DNA from: Sphaerodactylus townsendi
Lineage: Eukaryota
Direction: 5' to 3'
Assembly: GCF_021028975.2 (NCBI RefSeq)
Contig: NC_059434.1
Location: forward strand, 54,436,001 to 54,500,000
DNA: 64,000 nt
This document shows positions 1 to 11,992 of this stretch, in pieces. Within the stretch, counting starts at the first letter, position 1. Each line of letters starts with the position of its first letter. Below the pieces are notes generated by a model. It searched no databases. It saw only the letters and a list, made by a program, of their open reading frames with translations, and was not told the origin of the DNA. The translations under genes were made by a program, and so were the position numbers.

Positions 1-519
1 AAGACTTTTTAACTTCATTGAATAATTTAATGAGCAGATGAATAGGAATCAGATCCTGGAATGTGATGCAGGCATTAGTCCCAAATTTCCAGAAGCAATA
101 CCTGTCAAATTGCTAGCGCGCATTAGTGAGTTTCAGTTTGTGAATTAAAAATGTTTATTTTTAATCCAATTTCTAGAGAACCCAAGTCACTGACAATGTG
201 CCAGAGAAATCATTTCTTTATAAATATTTGAAAACTACATTTTGCCAGTGAGGTTCATCTTTTTCATTTGATGTAATGTCTGGCCTTTAGAAAATGCCAT
301 ACAAAGCTATTAGGATAGCTTCACCAGTGTTAAATGGTAGAAGTAAATGGTGATTGCTGAGAATAATATGCTTTGCCTGTAGCCTAAGTGACAAAAAGGC
401 TGAATAACTTTATTACCTTTAATAGGAGTCTCAGCTATGCTACTATGAGCAATCAAACATCACTGCTATGAAATGACTACCTGTGGGTGTCAGAAAGAGT
501 GCTTGGTTTCAAATTCCAG

Positions 520-655
520 TGATGTTGCTGTGTTAATCCATTCCAGGAAAATCAAAAAGAAGTCTTGTGACCTCTTAAAAACGAACAGATTTATTGAAAC
601 ATAAGCTCTCATGGGCTGGAGCCTATTTAATTTGATGAATGAAGTGGGTCAACAA
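520..655 (-). mobile_element. Penelope-like element terminal fragment (degenerate)
   Basis: tttattgaaacataagctctcatgggctggagcct matches the family at 38840-39055 (cataagctttcatgggct). Confidence 0.45.
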
Positions 656-924
656 ATGTAAAATATGTAAAATATAAAATATATTAAAATATGCACACAT
701 AGATTTTAAAAATGAATAGTACATGAAAAAGTCTTGAGATGCAAGTATAATTTGGGATAATTCTAGGGATAATGCAGAAATATAAAGATAAGAACAGTGA
801 AGAATTTACAATTTTGGCCTTGTGTATAATACAGCATGTAGCACATATAAAATAGATGCACTGTTGGCAGAAGCAAACACTACTATGGGAAAAACAGTAC
901 TGCTTACGAGCACTATTGTTCATC

Positions 925-1945
925 TATTGGTCCTCTGTGGTTCATCTAGTGGTCCTCTGTACAGGCACACATGGGACTACACTTGTGGAGGTGAGCTGTG
1001 GAGCTTTTTGATAGCAAATTAAGAGCTTTGGTCCACTAAATGGGTGCTCCGCTCCCTCTCCCCCAGCCACAGCTTGGGCTAACCCCAGGTCATGTGACTG
1101 GGGAGGAAGGGCACACCGTTCCCTCCAGATCTTCCTTCATTGCTGTGAGGAATCACCCTTTGTTTTATGGCAGACCAAAGCAGGGAAGGAGGGAGGGATG
1201 TGTGCCTGTGTAGAGTCCACTAGATGATCAAAAAATTATGGTAAGCAACACTTTATTGTCATGACTTCTGTGCAGTCCCATGTAGGAGAATGGCAAGCTT
1301 ACATATTGTAGAGATGGGTGTGTAATGTCTGCAAAGCACAGAATGCGAAACCGCTTGACTCACAGTCATTTCAGTCCTACCATTGACAGCCACAGTGTAC
1401 CACTTGTTAAAAGTCAATAGAGCAGACCATGCTGTTGCTTTACAGATGTCACATTGAGCAGCTAGGGTCTTGGTAGACAGCATGCTGAGGGTGACTGGGC
1501 AACAAACCTTTGACTTGTGGCAAGACAACTTAATAGCAGATGTCACCCTACAAGACAAACTGGTAGTAAATCCAACAGACCCTTTCTTGGGTTCCCTGAA
1601 ACAAACACTGTATAGCTTCTTAAAGGACTCAGTGCTGTCAATGGGCAAAACAGTGGGAAGGTCCCATACTTAAATGGCTTCCCTGAAGAATACCTTGGGG
1701 CAGAGTCAACTGAGAGCCAGATGAGGTGCCTCTTGAGGAGACAGGCTAGGAGATCCAAGGGATTCGGCCATGAGCCTGTCTTGATGAAGGCCCTGCAGGA
1801 CACCATTAGTGCCTTCCAGAAACAACTGCCTTTTTATTAAAGGTAGATCCCCCACTTGAGACTTAATGTCTTGAGAGTGGATGGCAGGAGAGAAGCCATG
1901 TGTGGTACTATATGATCATCCCAGACACTACTGCCCCAGCAGAGA
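925..1945 (-). mobile_element. DIRS-type (tyrosine recombinase) retrotransposon remnant, 3' end
   Basis: ORF 1259-1648(-) contains IDSTESFKK..VCFREPKKG...SAIKL...ICKATAWSALLTFNKWYTVAV...VSQAV, resembling the C-terminus of DIRS YR (ICxAATWSS.HTF.KHY..DV). 925-1300 resembles DIRS terminal/ICR sequence (ggtaagcaac...gtgcagtcccatgtagga). Confidence 0.7.
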
Positions 1946-2655
1946 TGTCTGCAAATTGCGCCCGGGGCTTCAGCCGAGAGGCGCAATTGCGTGGGGGGAG
2001 GAACGAATGGAAGCCTCCCTTCCCGCCGGCCAGCCGAGGCTGTCACGTGGCCGGGTACCGGCACATGGCAGGGGCTTTCAAGTCGCCTATAAAAGGCGGC
2101 GTCAGTGGGAACCGGCCTCTTTCGAGGCCGGCTGCTTTCAAAGGCTCTCCCTCCACTCCCATTTTGAGGGATTATTGGGGTTCTTTATTGTGTTGTATAT
2201 TGTCGCAGTTCACTGGGAGGTTTGGTCATAAGAGCACACCCTATTTTGGGAAGGCAGTAGCTTTCATGCCAGACCTTCCCACCTCGGGGCCTCCATATGA
2301 GGTCCGTGGTGGCGATAGAGCTCTCGAAAGCAAAGCCTTGGGGCCGTGCTGAGAGCTCGTTGCCCGGCAGGGAGGGGTGTCACAAATTGGATTTGCATCC
2401 ATGTGGCAACTAGTAACTTCCTGTTCCAGTTCCCTCGGGGGATGTGCCGGACAGGGATTCTGTCCGAATGGCCTAAGGGGTCAGCTGGGGCTGCCTTATA
2501 ACCAGGATCAGCGGTTTGCTGCCTGGGGGCCAGGATGTGCTCTGTTATGCTCGCCCAGCTTCAATGTTTTTGGATATATGTTAAATAAATTTGGGCTGCG
2601 GCCGACTTCTTTTCCAACAAGTATGTGTCAGTGTATTTGTTGGAATGAGTCTCCA
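1946..2655 (+). mobile_element. CpG-rich LTR-like terminal repeat (Ngaro/DIRS- or Gypsy-type)
   Basis: Sharp GC/CpG island; starts TG; TATAAAA at about 2088; AATAAA at about 2584 followed by a GC/GT-rich tract. No TSD found. Confidence 0.45.
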
Positions 2656-2860
2656 CACATCCCCATGCAACATGTTTTGTGGCATTCATTTGAATTTTAG
2701 CCAATTTTAATTTCTTTTGACCGCAAGAAGCCAATGGACTTCATTTTGTCATCAGGGACATATATTAGAATAGGAGCCAATCTTCCCCCTAAGCAATATT
2801 GCCCCATCATTACAGCGTAATTCGCAACCTGGAGTACCATTACTTCCAGAGAATAAATAT

Positions 2861-3367
2861 GGGGCTTTCCGCACTACAGAAGGGAGCTAAGGTCGACTCG
2901 GTTCCCTTCAGTGGGAGGCGATTCCAGGCTGTCTGCACAGCAACTTACTTGGCCCCCTGGAACCGAGCTAAGTGGGCGGGATCATCTTGGTGCCTGTTTC
3001 GCTCCTCGATCGTGATTGGAGCTTGTATTACCATGGGAAACGGGAGCTTTCTTTTTTTTACAGATGTTACAGTTTACAGTTTACAGTTACATGCCCGCCA
3101 TGACTCTCCCGTTCTGCACATGCCACAAAAGCAGCTCCTGATTGGTTGAACGGATGAGGTGTCGTTTTGATGCGTCCGCACTTCGAAGCTTCGAAACGGT
3201 ATTGACCTTGTTCCAGCAGAAAGGTGCAGTTCATAACTGCGACAGGGATGTTGCAATTATGAGGGAGGGGAACTGAGACAAAACAACATTGAGCTCAGTT
3301 GCAGTGCGGATACACTGAGGTGAACCTAGATAGAAACCAGTACAACTCTGTCAGTGCGGAAAGCCCC
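2861..3367. mobile_element. PIF/Harbinger-type MITE
   Basis: Perfect TIR GGGGCTTTCCGCACT ... AGTGCGGAAAGCCCC; TSD not clean. Confidence 0.75.
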
Positions 3368-3516
3368 TTAGAGAAGAATTTTAAGGTGCACAGCAGCTTT
3401 TCTAGGCCAGACAACATTTTCAGATGAATGAGAGACACCACCTACTAGGAAATTCAGTAGTAATTAAAGATACAGTAGTAATTAAAGATACCTAGCAGAA
3501 AGACACGTGTCTCAAA

Positions 3517-4017
3517 GGCAGTTTCCGCATGGGGAAACAACAGCGCTCCAGGGACGGAGAAAAAAAAACAGTCCCTGGGGCATTGTTTGCACAGTGGCTC
3601 CCCTGGCTCCCCTGAAGTGGCTGCCGCTTCCGAAACTCACTTGGGGGCGATTTTTTAGGAATATCCCGGCTGCCACCCATTGCCGAGCAAACAGCAGTGG
3701 GTGGAAACTGACGTATTCCCGTGACTCTCACGGACAGCTTTTCCCTGCCTTTCGTCGCTTTGAGAAGGGAAGGGGACATGCCTCCTTGCCTCTGTCGCTT
3801 CAGCCATTGCTCTGGCCAGGGGGTGTGTCCCTTCTATCCTGAGAGCGACAAAAGGCAGAGAAAAGGTGGGCCGCTGTTCGGGGGGCTGCGCGGCTGTGCG
3901 GAGCATGCTCCGCCAGCCACGCAGCCTGTGGGGCTGTTCGTGCGAATGGCCCCAGGGCTTGCATGGGCATCAATCATGTTGATGCAAGCCTGCAAGCCTG
4001 CATGTGCAGAAACCGTC
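3517..4017. mobile_element. PIF/Harbinger-type MITE
   Basis: Imperfect TIR GGCAGTTTCCGCA ... TGCAGAAACCGTC; internal inverted core (ggggacatgcc...ggtgtgtcccttc) shared with other copies. Confidence 0.65.
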
Positions 4018-5426
4018 ATGGCAATTGGATGAGTTTTTATCACTTGCACTGACACATACAGGCTCACTCTCTCCTTGCTCTGAAAAATTCAAACTATTTT
4101 CAAAAAGTTGCAGTGACAGAGCACGGGTGAAGTTTCTGCAAAAGAATCCTTCCTTAATTATAAAAGTGACAATGGACTACAAAAAAAAGGTTGGCAAAGG
4201 TAGTTTTCTGCAGAAATGTAATATATGTACATAAAATTATAATTGTGTAATGTGATATATCTATCATTTTTCTTTCAAATAAACACCAGTGGCCAGAATT
4301 CTCCTGCCAGGCGGCCACCAGTTCCCACCACTGAGAAAAGTGTGCAGAGTGGCACCTACTTTAGCGATCTGTAATATAAATCCCTTTCTCTACTATGCTT
4401 GAAACATGGGGGAGGGGTGGACTATATTTGAATATGGTACAACTGTCTTTAAAAACTCCTTCCCCTGGCTCAAATGTGTGACACATGCAGACTGCATGGT
4501 TGCAGGTTTTCCAGTAATTGGAAAGCTACTAGGTTTGACCTGATGAGTCCAGGGCAGAAGTGAGAGGAGTAGCGGTGGACTGTAAAAGCCCCTTCCTTTT
4601 AGTGACAGAATCTAAGGTTTGAAGGCTAGCAATTTTGTTGAGGTTGCTTAGAAACCCGCACAATGGAAATTGAGTTCTCAGAAGACATTCATTTCTTAAA
4701 TGTATAGGCACTGTTTTTTGTTATTGCAGGTGGAGTTAAGCCCCAATCCCTTTAAAAAATTTCCTGCAAACCTGGGGCTTTTCTCCACTTTGCAGAAAGA
4801 TCTGTCTTGACTTTCATGGCTCCAATCTCTAGATTTAAATATCCACAGATGGAGCCATTCTGAGAATGAGTTATCGATTAAGAAATTCTTCAGTGGTAAC
4901 ACCAACAGCTTAATCTGGGTTGTTTTAGTAATTCTGGGATACTTGACAAATTTCCAGGATGGGCCGTAGAATCACTACCACCATGCTTACCACTCCCTCC
5001 TGGAGACCACCTCCCACCAAGACCACCAAGCAAGGGGCAGATACTTTATAGTTTCCTCATTTGGGTTTTCAATGATCCCATCATGCAAGAAGAATCTGAA
5101 GAGACTAGCTTGAGAGAGATCTGCCACAGTGGTAGGGCTGCTGTTTTGTCTGGGGAGGAAGGAGGGTGAAGGAAGCCAGGTGATTTGGCTTGTTGATTTG
5201 GTAGCTCCCTGCCTCACAGATCTACCTCAATAATTCCATATTGGCCTCTTATTGATATTTTTTGGCCTGTGTCATTCTGAACATTTGCATTGTATTCCTA
5301 GGTAAAGAGGCCTTCTGTATGAAGAAGCAACAGAGTTCTGATTCCATAACATATAAGAGAACAGAAACTAGATAGCTGTGACTAAGGTTCTTCTTCCAAA
5401 ATGCTGACTTCTATATTTTCTTTTAG

Positions 5427-5580
5427 GAAGTCTGCAGTGACGTATAGAATAAGAAACTCTGGAGCTCTGGGGAAAATTATTGATTTTCTTTTATGCCATG
5501 CAATTCGAATTGACATTTGCAACAATCAATACTCATGACAAGTATCCTTGGCAGACATTACATTATAAGCCAAGAGCATG
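5427..5580 (+). other. Candidate spliced exon of an unidentified host transcript (non-coding, 5' UTR or start-containing exon)
   Basis: Polypyrimidine tract and acceptor (ctatattttcttttag|G) at 5426/5427; consensus donor (ATG|gtaagt) at 5580/5581. All three frames read from the acceptor hit stops, but internal ATGs stay open to the donor (MTSILGRHYIISQEH..., MQFELTFATINTHDK...). Protein not recognised. Confidence 0.45.
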
Positions 5581-6652
5581 GTAAGTATTTATTTTAGACC
5601 AACCCTAAAACATTCCATAATTCTGTCTTTCTTTGATTCCTTTTTTGTGTTCTTTTAGTCTCTGCAAATCCTAAATATTCCTCCCAATCTCAAACCTCTG
5701 GGACTTCTCAAAGGATTGCTCCCTGACACTATCTGTGTTTATAAAGGAAAAGCCAGGATTAAAAATTCCATACCCAATAGAGTCACATAGTTTACATTTT
5801 AATTTTTCCCCAAGTTGCTTTTTGAAGCTGGCACAAATTGTCTGGTTAATAAACTTTGAGCTTTAGGCCTAGCCGCAATATGCATTAAACCAGATAAAAT
5901 GAAATATCAGTAAACAGGTAAGTGACATGCCAGATATATTCCAACTATGAAATTGAAAACGTGAATGGAACTCTTTGTTTATGATGTACTCAATTCCAAG
6001 AACACTGCATTGCAGAGAGCATTTAGCTTGTCATGTACTTCTATTATTTTATTTTCCACTTCATTTGTTTCTATTACACAGCCTTGCACTTTATTATTAT
6101 TATGGTTTGTATTGTTGCAAACATTGACATTGTATTCTGATCTGGTTATTTCAGCAGAACTTTTTGTCATCTTTTAAATACAAGTTTGAGCAAAGTTACA
6201 ATCAATGTATTGAAGATGAAATCTACAAATCACTTGCCTTTTTCATCTTGGCTCCTTGTAAGTATTGGGTGTTTTTTCAGTGCCTCATTTTTTTTGTTCA
6301 AATTACCTTGTACTCTGTCACAGTTTTCAGCACCTTTCCTGTGTACTGAAGGAGAATCAGGGCATAGGAACTGAAGATTACATTTGGATGTACTGACTGA
6401 ATTTCTCAACCTGAAGAAGTCTTCATGCAGAATTTCATTTTGTGAATGATTTGCTATCAGCCTCAATAATTGGGGGTGGGATGTAATAAAAATTACACAT
6501 AGTTTTTAATTTGTTCCTCATTTACTCCTTACATTCAGCCATGTATGGAAATTGTAAAAATGTGTATGAATTATGGAGTTGATGGGAAGCAATTCCTCCA
6601 TATCATCTCCACTTTCCCCTCACTCCACTTTCCCCTCGCTCCACTTTCCCCT

Positions 6653-7107
6653 CACTGTTTCTGCACAGCCAGAGTAGTGCGGCTGCATCGGCACAGCTGC
6701 GTAGCCCCACAAACGGCTCCTTGTCTCCTCCTGGCTTCTGTCACTCTGTGGAGGCCAGGGGACATGCCCCCATGGCCAGTGACAACTGCAGGGACGGAGG
6801 CCAGGAGGCGTGTGCCCTGGCCTCCACAGAGCGATGGAAGCCAGGAGGAAGTAAGGAGGCTTTGGGGGCCAGCACGGGGAAAATGCTGCCTTCCACTCAC
6901 TGCCATTCGCATGGCAGCAGGTGGAAGATGACACTTTTGAAAAACCTTGCTCCCCAAGTGAGGTTCAAAAGTGGCATTTTCGCGGCACTTGGGTGGCACG
7001 AGCACAACACTGCTGCAATGCAACAGCACCTGCTGTGCAAACAGCTCCCCAGGGATAGTGTTTTTACTGTCCCTAGGCCGCTGTTATTGGGCTGTCTGGA
7101 AACAGCC
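6653..7107. mobile_element. PIF/Harbinger-type MITE
   Basis: TIR (ca)CTGTTTCTGCACAGCC ... GGCTGTCTGGAAACAGCC; same internal core and the gtgcaaacagc subterminal motif. Confidence 0.65.
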
Positions 7108-8094
7108 TTTGTCCCCACTCTATTTAACTCCCCATTTGTTCTTCAACTGCTTAAGCTATTAGAACTGAGTTCAATATCATCTTAGAGACCAACAGAATGT
7201 ATGCTTTCAAGAGGCAAATTTCTCTTCCTCAAATAAGTTTTCAACCCCATCTAAAGGCAGGGAGGAATCCACCTGTGGGAATGATGCACAACCAGCAGAT
7301 TTTCCCTCCAGGGCCATTTTCCCCAGCAAAGGGGTGAAACTGCCAGCGTGCAGCCCCTCCCACCCTCCCCAGCAGTGAGATGCAGCACAGGTTGCTTTGG
7401 CAGCATCTCCATGCCTCTACTACTGGCACAGGGGAGGCAGTTTGGGGGGCGTTGCTGGGGAATTGCTCCCTCCTGGCCATTCACCACCGGCAGTTTAGAC
7501 TTACGCTCCTGAAAAGGGGGTGTAAGTCAATAGAGCCCAAAGAGGCTTTTTGGTGGCAGGGAGGCTTTTTCTCTTTGCAAGCCTTCCCACGCCACTGTGA
7601 AGTCTCTCTGGGAGCAGTCGGACTCCCTGACCATGTGCTTCAGCCGGTCACCTGGCTGCTTGGATGGCATTGTAAGACTCAAATCTAACTGTTCTACTGC
7701 AGACCAATATGGCTAGCCTCTAAAACTGCCTCTATAGCACTCTTTAAAGTCTCAACCCATTTCCCAGCCCTCATCTCCAACCAATTTTCCCTCTGCCAAA
7801 CTCATGTTAAGTCTCACGTCCTTACATTCACCTCTTCAGAAAACAATTCCTCATCCCCTCATTCATCCCCTTCCTCCCAAAATTGTCTCTGGGATCCACT
7901 TGAATTTGGACTGCATCATTTACTCCAGAAATGGCTCTGAATTCTATATAATTATCGATGTACTTTGATAGAGCTATCTTTTTATAAAACACCAAGACTC
8001 TGTCTCAGCTCTGAAAAAAAATGAGTGTCTCATATTGGATAGTAGCAGCCATCAAATAACTGCCCTCTAAGACATGTCATGGAGCTATTTATTT

Positions 8095-8265
8095 ATTTAC
8101 TTCATTTATGCCCCACTTTTATCACCAATGGGAACTGAGAGCATTCTTACTTCATTTTTTTGTTCTTTTTATCCTCAAAACAACCCTGTGAGGTCAGTTA
8201 GGCTGTATTCACACCTGGGTTTCTCAGACCCTAGTCCAGCACGTTAACCACAATGCCACTTTGAT
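8095..8265 (-). mobile_element. Degenerate tRNA-derived SINE (Squam3-like)
   Basis: tttatttatttacttcatttatgccccacttt...aacaaccctgtgagg...ctagtccagcacgttaaccacaatgccac is the reverse complement of a tRNA-head SINE. Confidence 0.5.
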
Positions 8266-8468
8266 TCTCTCAAGAACAAGAGATAGCACCACATAGCTAG
8301 CCTTCAGTAAAGCAATCCCTCTTTATGAGCTTTACAGATCAAGAGCCTGAACCCAGAAGCCCATCTTCATGAGACAGTAGTCCCTATATGTCAAAGCAGT
8401 GTGGTGCTGAATGTTTTATTCTCCTGGCTGAACCTGTACCTGCCTCCAGTTAGGTCTGCTTGCTAATG

Positions 8469-8660
8469 TGACCATAAAGAAGAAGAAAAACACTTTCTAG
8501 ACACAGTGCATAACAGACTTCTCTCTGTGATACACCTTTGAAGATGCCAGCCTCAGATGCAGGCAAAAAGTTAGCAACAAGATCTTCCAGACCATGGCCA
8601 CACAGCCCGGAAAACCCACAACAACCAGTTGAATCTGGCCTTGAAAGCCTTCGACAGTAC
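8469..8660 (+). mobile_element. Penelope-like element terminal repeat (pseudo-LTR) with decayed hammerhead motif
   Basis: gaagatgccagcctcagatgcaggc...cagcccggaaaacccacaacaacc...gaaagccttcgaca; homologous to 38379-38546 and 42957-43090. Confidence 0.75.
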
Positions 8661-9641
8661 ATAGATACTTTTAACTTTCTATGGTTTTAATTTTTGGAAG
8701 GAAGACATAAAGCAGTCTGAATAATTTATTCAGTAATTCAGTTGAGACTGTGCCTCTATGAGGAGAGGATTTTCATGCCTAAAACTAGGTGTAAAACTTA
8801 CTGAAAAAAATGCTGTGTGCAGTTGCAAAGCTCATTGTGGGGCACATTGGGATCTAATAAGAAAAATCTACCAGGAGCAGATCTCGCAACATACAACATT
8901 GCATACCTGAGGGTTTCCTAGATATGCAGAACTCTCTCACACCTCTGTGCTTGTCCCTGCTAAACTAATTTTGTCATCTTTCTTCATTATTAGATGTAAT
9001 CATCATGTAAGAAACATGACCTGTGTGGATTGGTTAATATACATCAGCTTCTTGAAAATCTAATTCAAGGAAAAAGTGGACATAAAGTAGTCTGTATAAT
9101 TTATTCAGTTTATTCAGATAATTTATGGTTTGTTGGAGAGTATACCTCTTACTTTAAAATGCATATATTGAGAAGACAGTCTTTGTACATTACATCAGGT
9201 GTTTAATATCTCTTTAAATGAAGGAGCTTTGCTTAACACTTCCCAAATTAGTGAACCGTGATTTGGAGAAATTGTTCTGTTTGTAGCTGATTAAAATAAG
9301 AATTGCTAACATGCTGCAAAGATGTACAGATGCTTAATAAATTGCATTCAAACAAACTAATGTTAACTAATTAAAATGAATACAAAGTAACGCAATTTGT
9401 ACATAGGACAAATTCCTTTCACACAAAATGCCCAGCAAATGACATTTCATTGCATTCTATAAGACTGTTGTTAAGGAAGGCTTTTAGAATTGATTGATGA
9501 TTCTGCTTCTTTATTTATCTGATTGTTATCAGACTCTGGTCCTAATATGATTTTGACAGCTTTTGCCACATTGTGCATATAATTATTTTCTATCTTTTTT
9601 GGGGGGCGGGGTGTGTGTGTTTTAGCTTGATTTTACTATAT

Positions 9642-10214
9642 GGCCCATTATGCATGGAAAGGTTACCTTGAGGCTCTTAGATCCTTTCTGCATAGCAAAT
9701 GTATAATAGGTTGCAGTCAGGATAAAGAAACTCATTTTCCTGTTTCTGCATTCACATGCATCCATGCAGGCAGTGATTGGAGGCCATGAAAACAATCTAG
9801 GTTGCTGTCACACCTTCTCATGGAGGAGAGTCTGTTTTTTTATTTTACTTCCCATAGATACATAGCTATGCAGGCATGCACAATTGAACCCCCACAACCA
9901 TGCTGATGTCTCACTATACAACCAATCTGCACCTGCGTAGCTATGGAGATGTAAGCTGCAAAATAAAAAAAGGAAAATGGAGGTGAATAAAGTGCTTCCT
10001 GCCCAGCCATTCATTTGCAAGCGGCTGTGACCCGGGATTTTTTAAAAGACTTGCCAATAGCATGATTCTCAAACAAAACCCAACGGTTTGGGGAAAATAG
10101 TGTGGGGCAGACTCAATTTTAGGGGTGAGATCTGTGTAAAGTCTCTCCCCCCCCCCCAAAAAAAATGTTTTTTACCATCTTACACCCGTGTTTATTGGGC
10201 CGTGTGGAAGGGAC
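9642..10214. mobile_element. Degenerate Harbinger-type MITE
   Basis: GGCCCATTATGCAT ... GTGTGGAAGGGACC termini; right half is homologous to 34700-34892. Confidence 0.5.
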
Positions 10215-11778
10215 CTTAGCTGTGCAGTGAAGCTGTAGTGTAGTCTCCTCACATTTCTCTGTTTGCACGCAAGAAGCCATTCTCTGCCTACTCTGCAGCT
10301 TGGTTGCTGACGTCTCAACAGGACTCTGCTTTTACTGGTTCTCTTAACTCTGCCCATCACCACACTCTTAAAGGCACAGATCTCATCACACTCAGTAGAT
10401 GCAAGGACTCTCTTACAGTCCTTTAAATTACAGTTATATTGATATACTATGATTGCAGTCATATTAAGATTGTAGCCCCTTTCAAAAGTAACCCCCCCCC
10501 AAAAAAAGATGCAAAGCAATTCCCTGCACCACACTCTGCTGAAGAAGGGAACCGTGTCCTAGAATTGATATCTCTCACCCCTCACATCCACATACGTATA
10601 CTTCCTGCTGCTGCCATGGGAAGGGAGAGAGGCTTGTTGTTCAATGGTTAACTCATCCCCACCTCCCAGTCTTTTGTTAACTGCAATAACTCTGGAATTG
10701 AGAGGATGAAGGAAATGGCTGATCCATCATTTAGAGGTTTTCAAATGCAATAAACGACCGTGGTTTTGCAGTGATTCTCTGTTTACACTTGCATGTCAAT
10801 ATAATACTTAACAAAGATTAATAGCAAATTTGAAAAGGGAGAAGGGAAAAGGTGTACATGGAAATGAGAGGAAGTGCAAAAGGCTGGTGGTAGGCAGAGG
10901 GAAGATGTGCTCATAGGCAAATCTCCCCTACTCTAAGAATAAATGAAATTAAAGTCACAATTAAGGAGCATGATGTTGCTTGGCCCAGGGAGAATGGAAA
11001 TTGAAAGTGGGGCTTGCTGAAATACATCTGTTCAAGAAATTTTGCTGCTACAGACATCTGCTCCTGCCACACAGAAGATGCTTTGTTAAGTATTATATTG
11101 ACATTCAAGATCACCTGAAAATTAGGTGGTAAAATGAAATGTTTTGAGCTGATTATTTACATTTTAATCAATGGTAATCTACTTTTCCTACACTTATTTG
11201 TATGTTATTAGAGATGAAAGAATTCTATGGCTACCACAAACAGCTTTATCAACTCTGGTCTTCATGTATAAAAGATCTTAAAACCCTTTTTAATCTTCTC
11301 ACCAGTATCACTGCAAACAACTTATAGTCATTGTTGAAAAGAGAGATTGGTCTGTATTGTCCTTCTTTTGGAATCAAAATATTGGCTTTTCTCCATGTGT
11401 CTTGCAGATTCCCATTTTGTACAATCTCATTCCTTGTTGCTTAAAGTTAATTCATCAATATTTTTTAATAATATGGTACTTTTAAAATATAATATAGTAC
11501 TGGTAGTCCATTCAGTCCAGGTGCCTTATTTAATTTCACTTGCTTAAATTGTTTAATTTGACCCAATTTCTCATAACAAGACTACTATTATGTCACATGC
11601 ATCAGCTATTGTACTACTGCATGTTCTGGCCTTAGCACAAATATTCTGCTAAAAAACTTGATTTCTTTATTGTCTTGAAAGCTTCACAGTACATAATACT
11701 CCTTTTGTTTCTGTTATCAAGGATCTCATAAAATCAGAAAAAGTTCTTGTCTGTTCTGAATCTGAGTATATGAAGCTT

Positions 11779-11981
11779 NNNNNNNNNNNNNNNNNNNNNN
11801 NNNNNNNNNNNNNNNNNNNNNNNNNNNNNNNNNNNNNNNNNNNNNNNNNNNNNNNNNNNNNNNNNNNNNNNNNNNNNNNNNNNNNNNNNNNNNNNNNNNN
11901 NNNNNNNNNNNNNNNNNNNNNNNNNNNNNNNNNNNNNNNNNNNNNNNNNNNNNNNNNNNNNNNNNNNNNNNNNNNNNNNNN
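11779..11981. other. Assembly gap (others at 14018-14261, 53702-53892, 58077-58218)
   Basis: Runs of N. Confidence 1.
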
Positions 11982-11992
11982 TTGTGAACTTA

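Noticed and set aside
4540-4590. CTGATGA-GTCCA...TGGAC hammerhead-like motif
   Set aside because: Stem II is followed by TGTAAAA rather than GAAA, and no stems I or III are evident.
5965-6466. Possible L1 ORF1 remnant on - (also 31195-31455, 42250-42600, and Gypsy-like 44230-44660)
   Set aside because: Compositionally suggestive but too decayed to support a call without a search.
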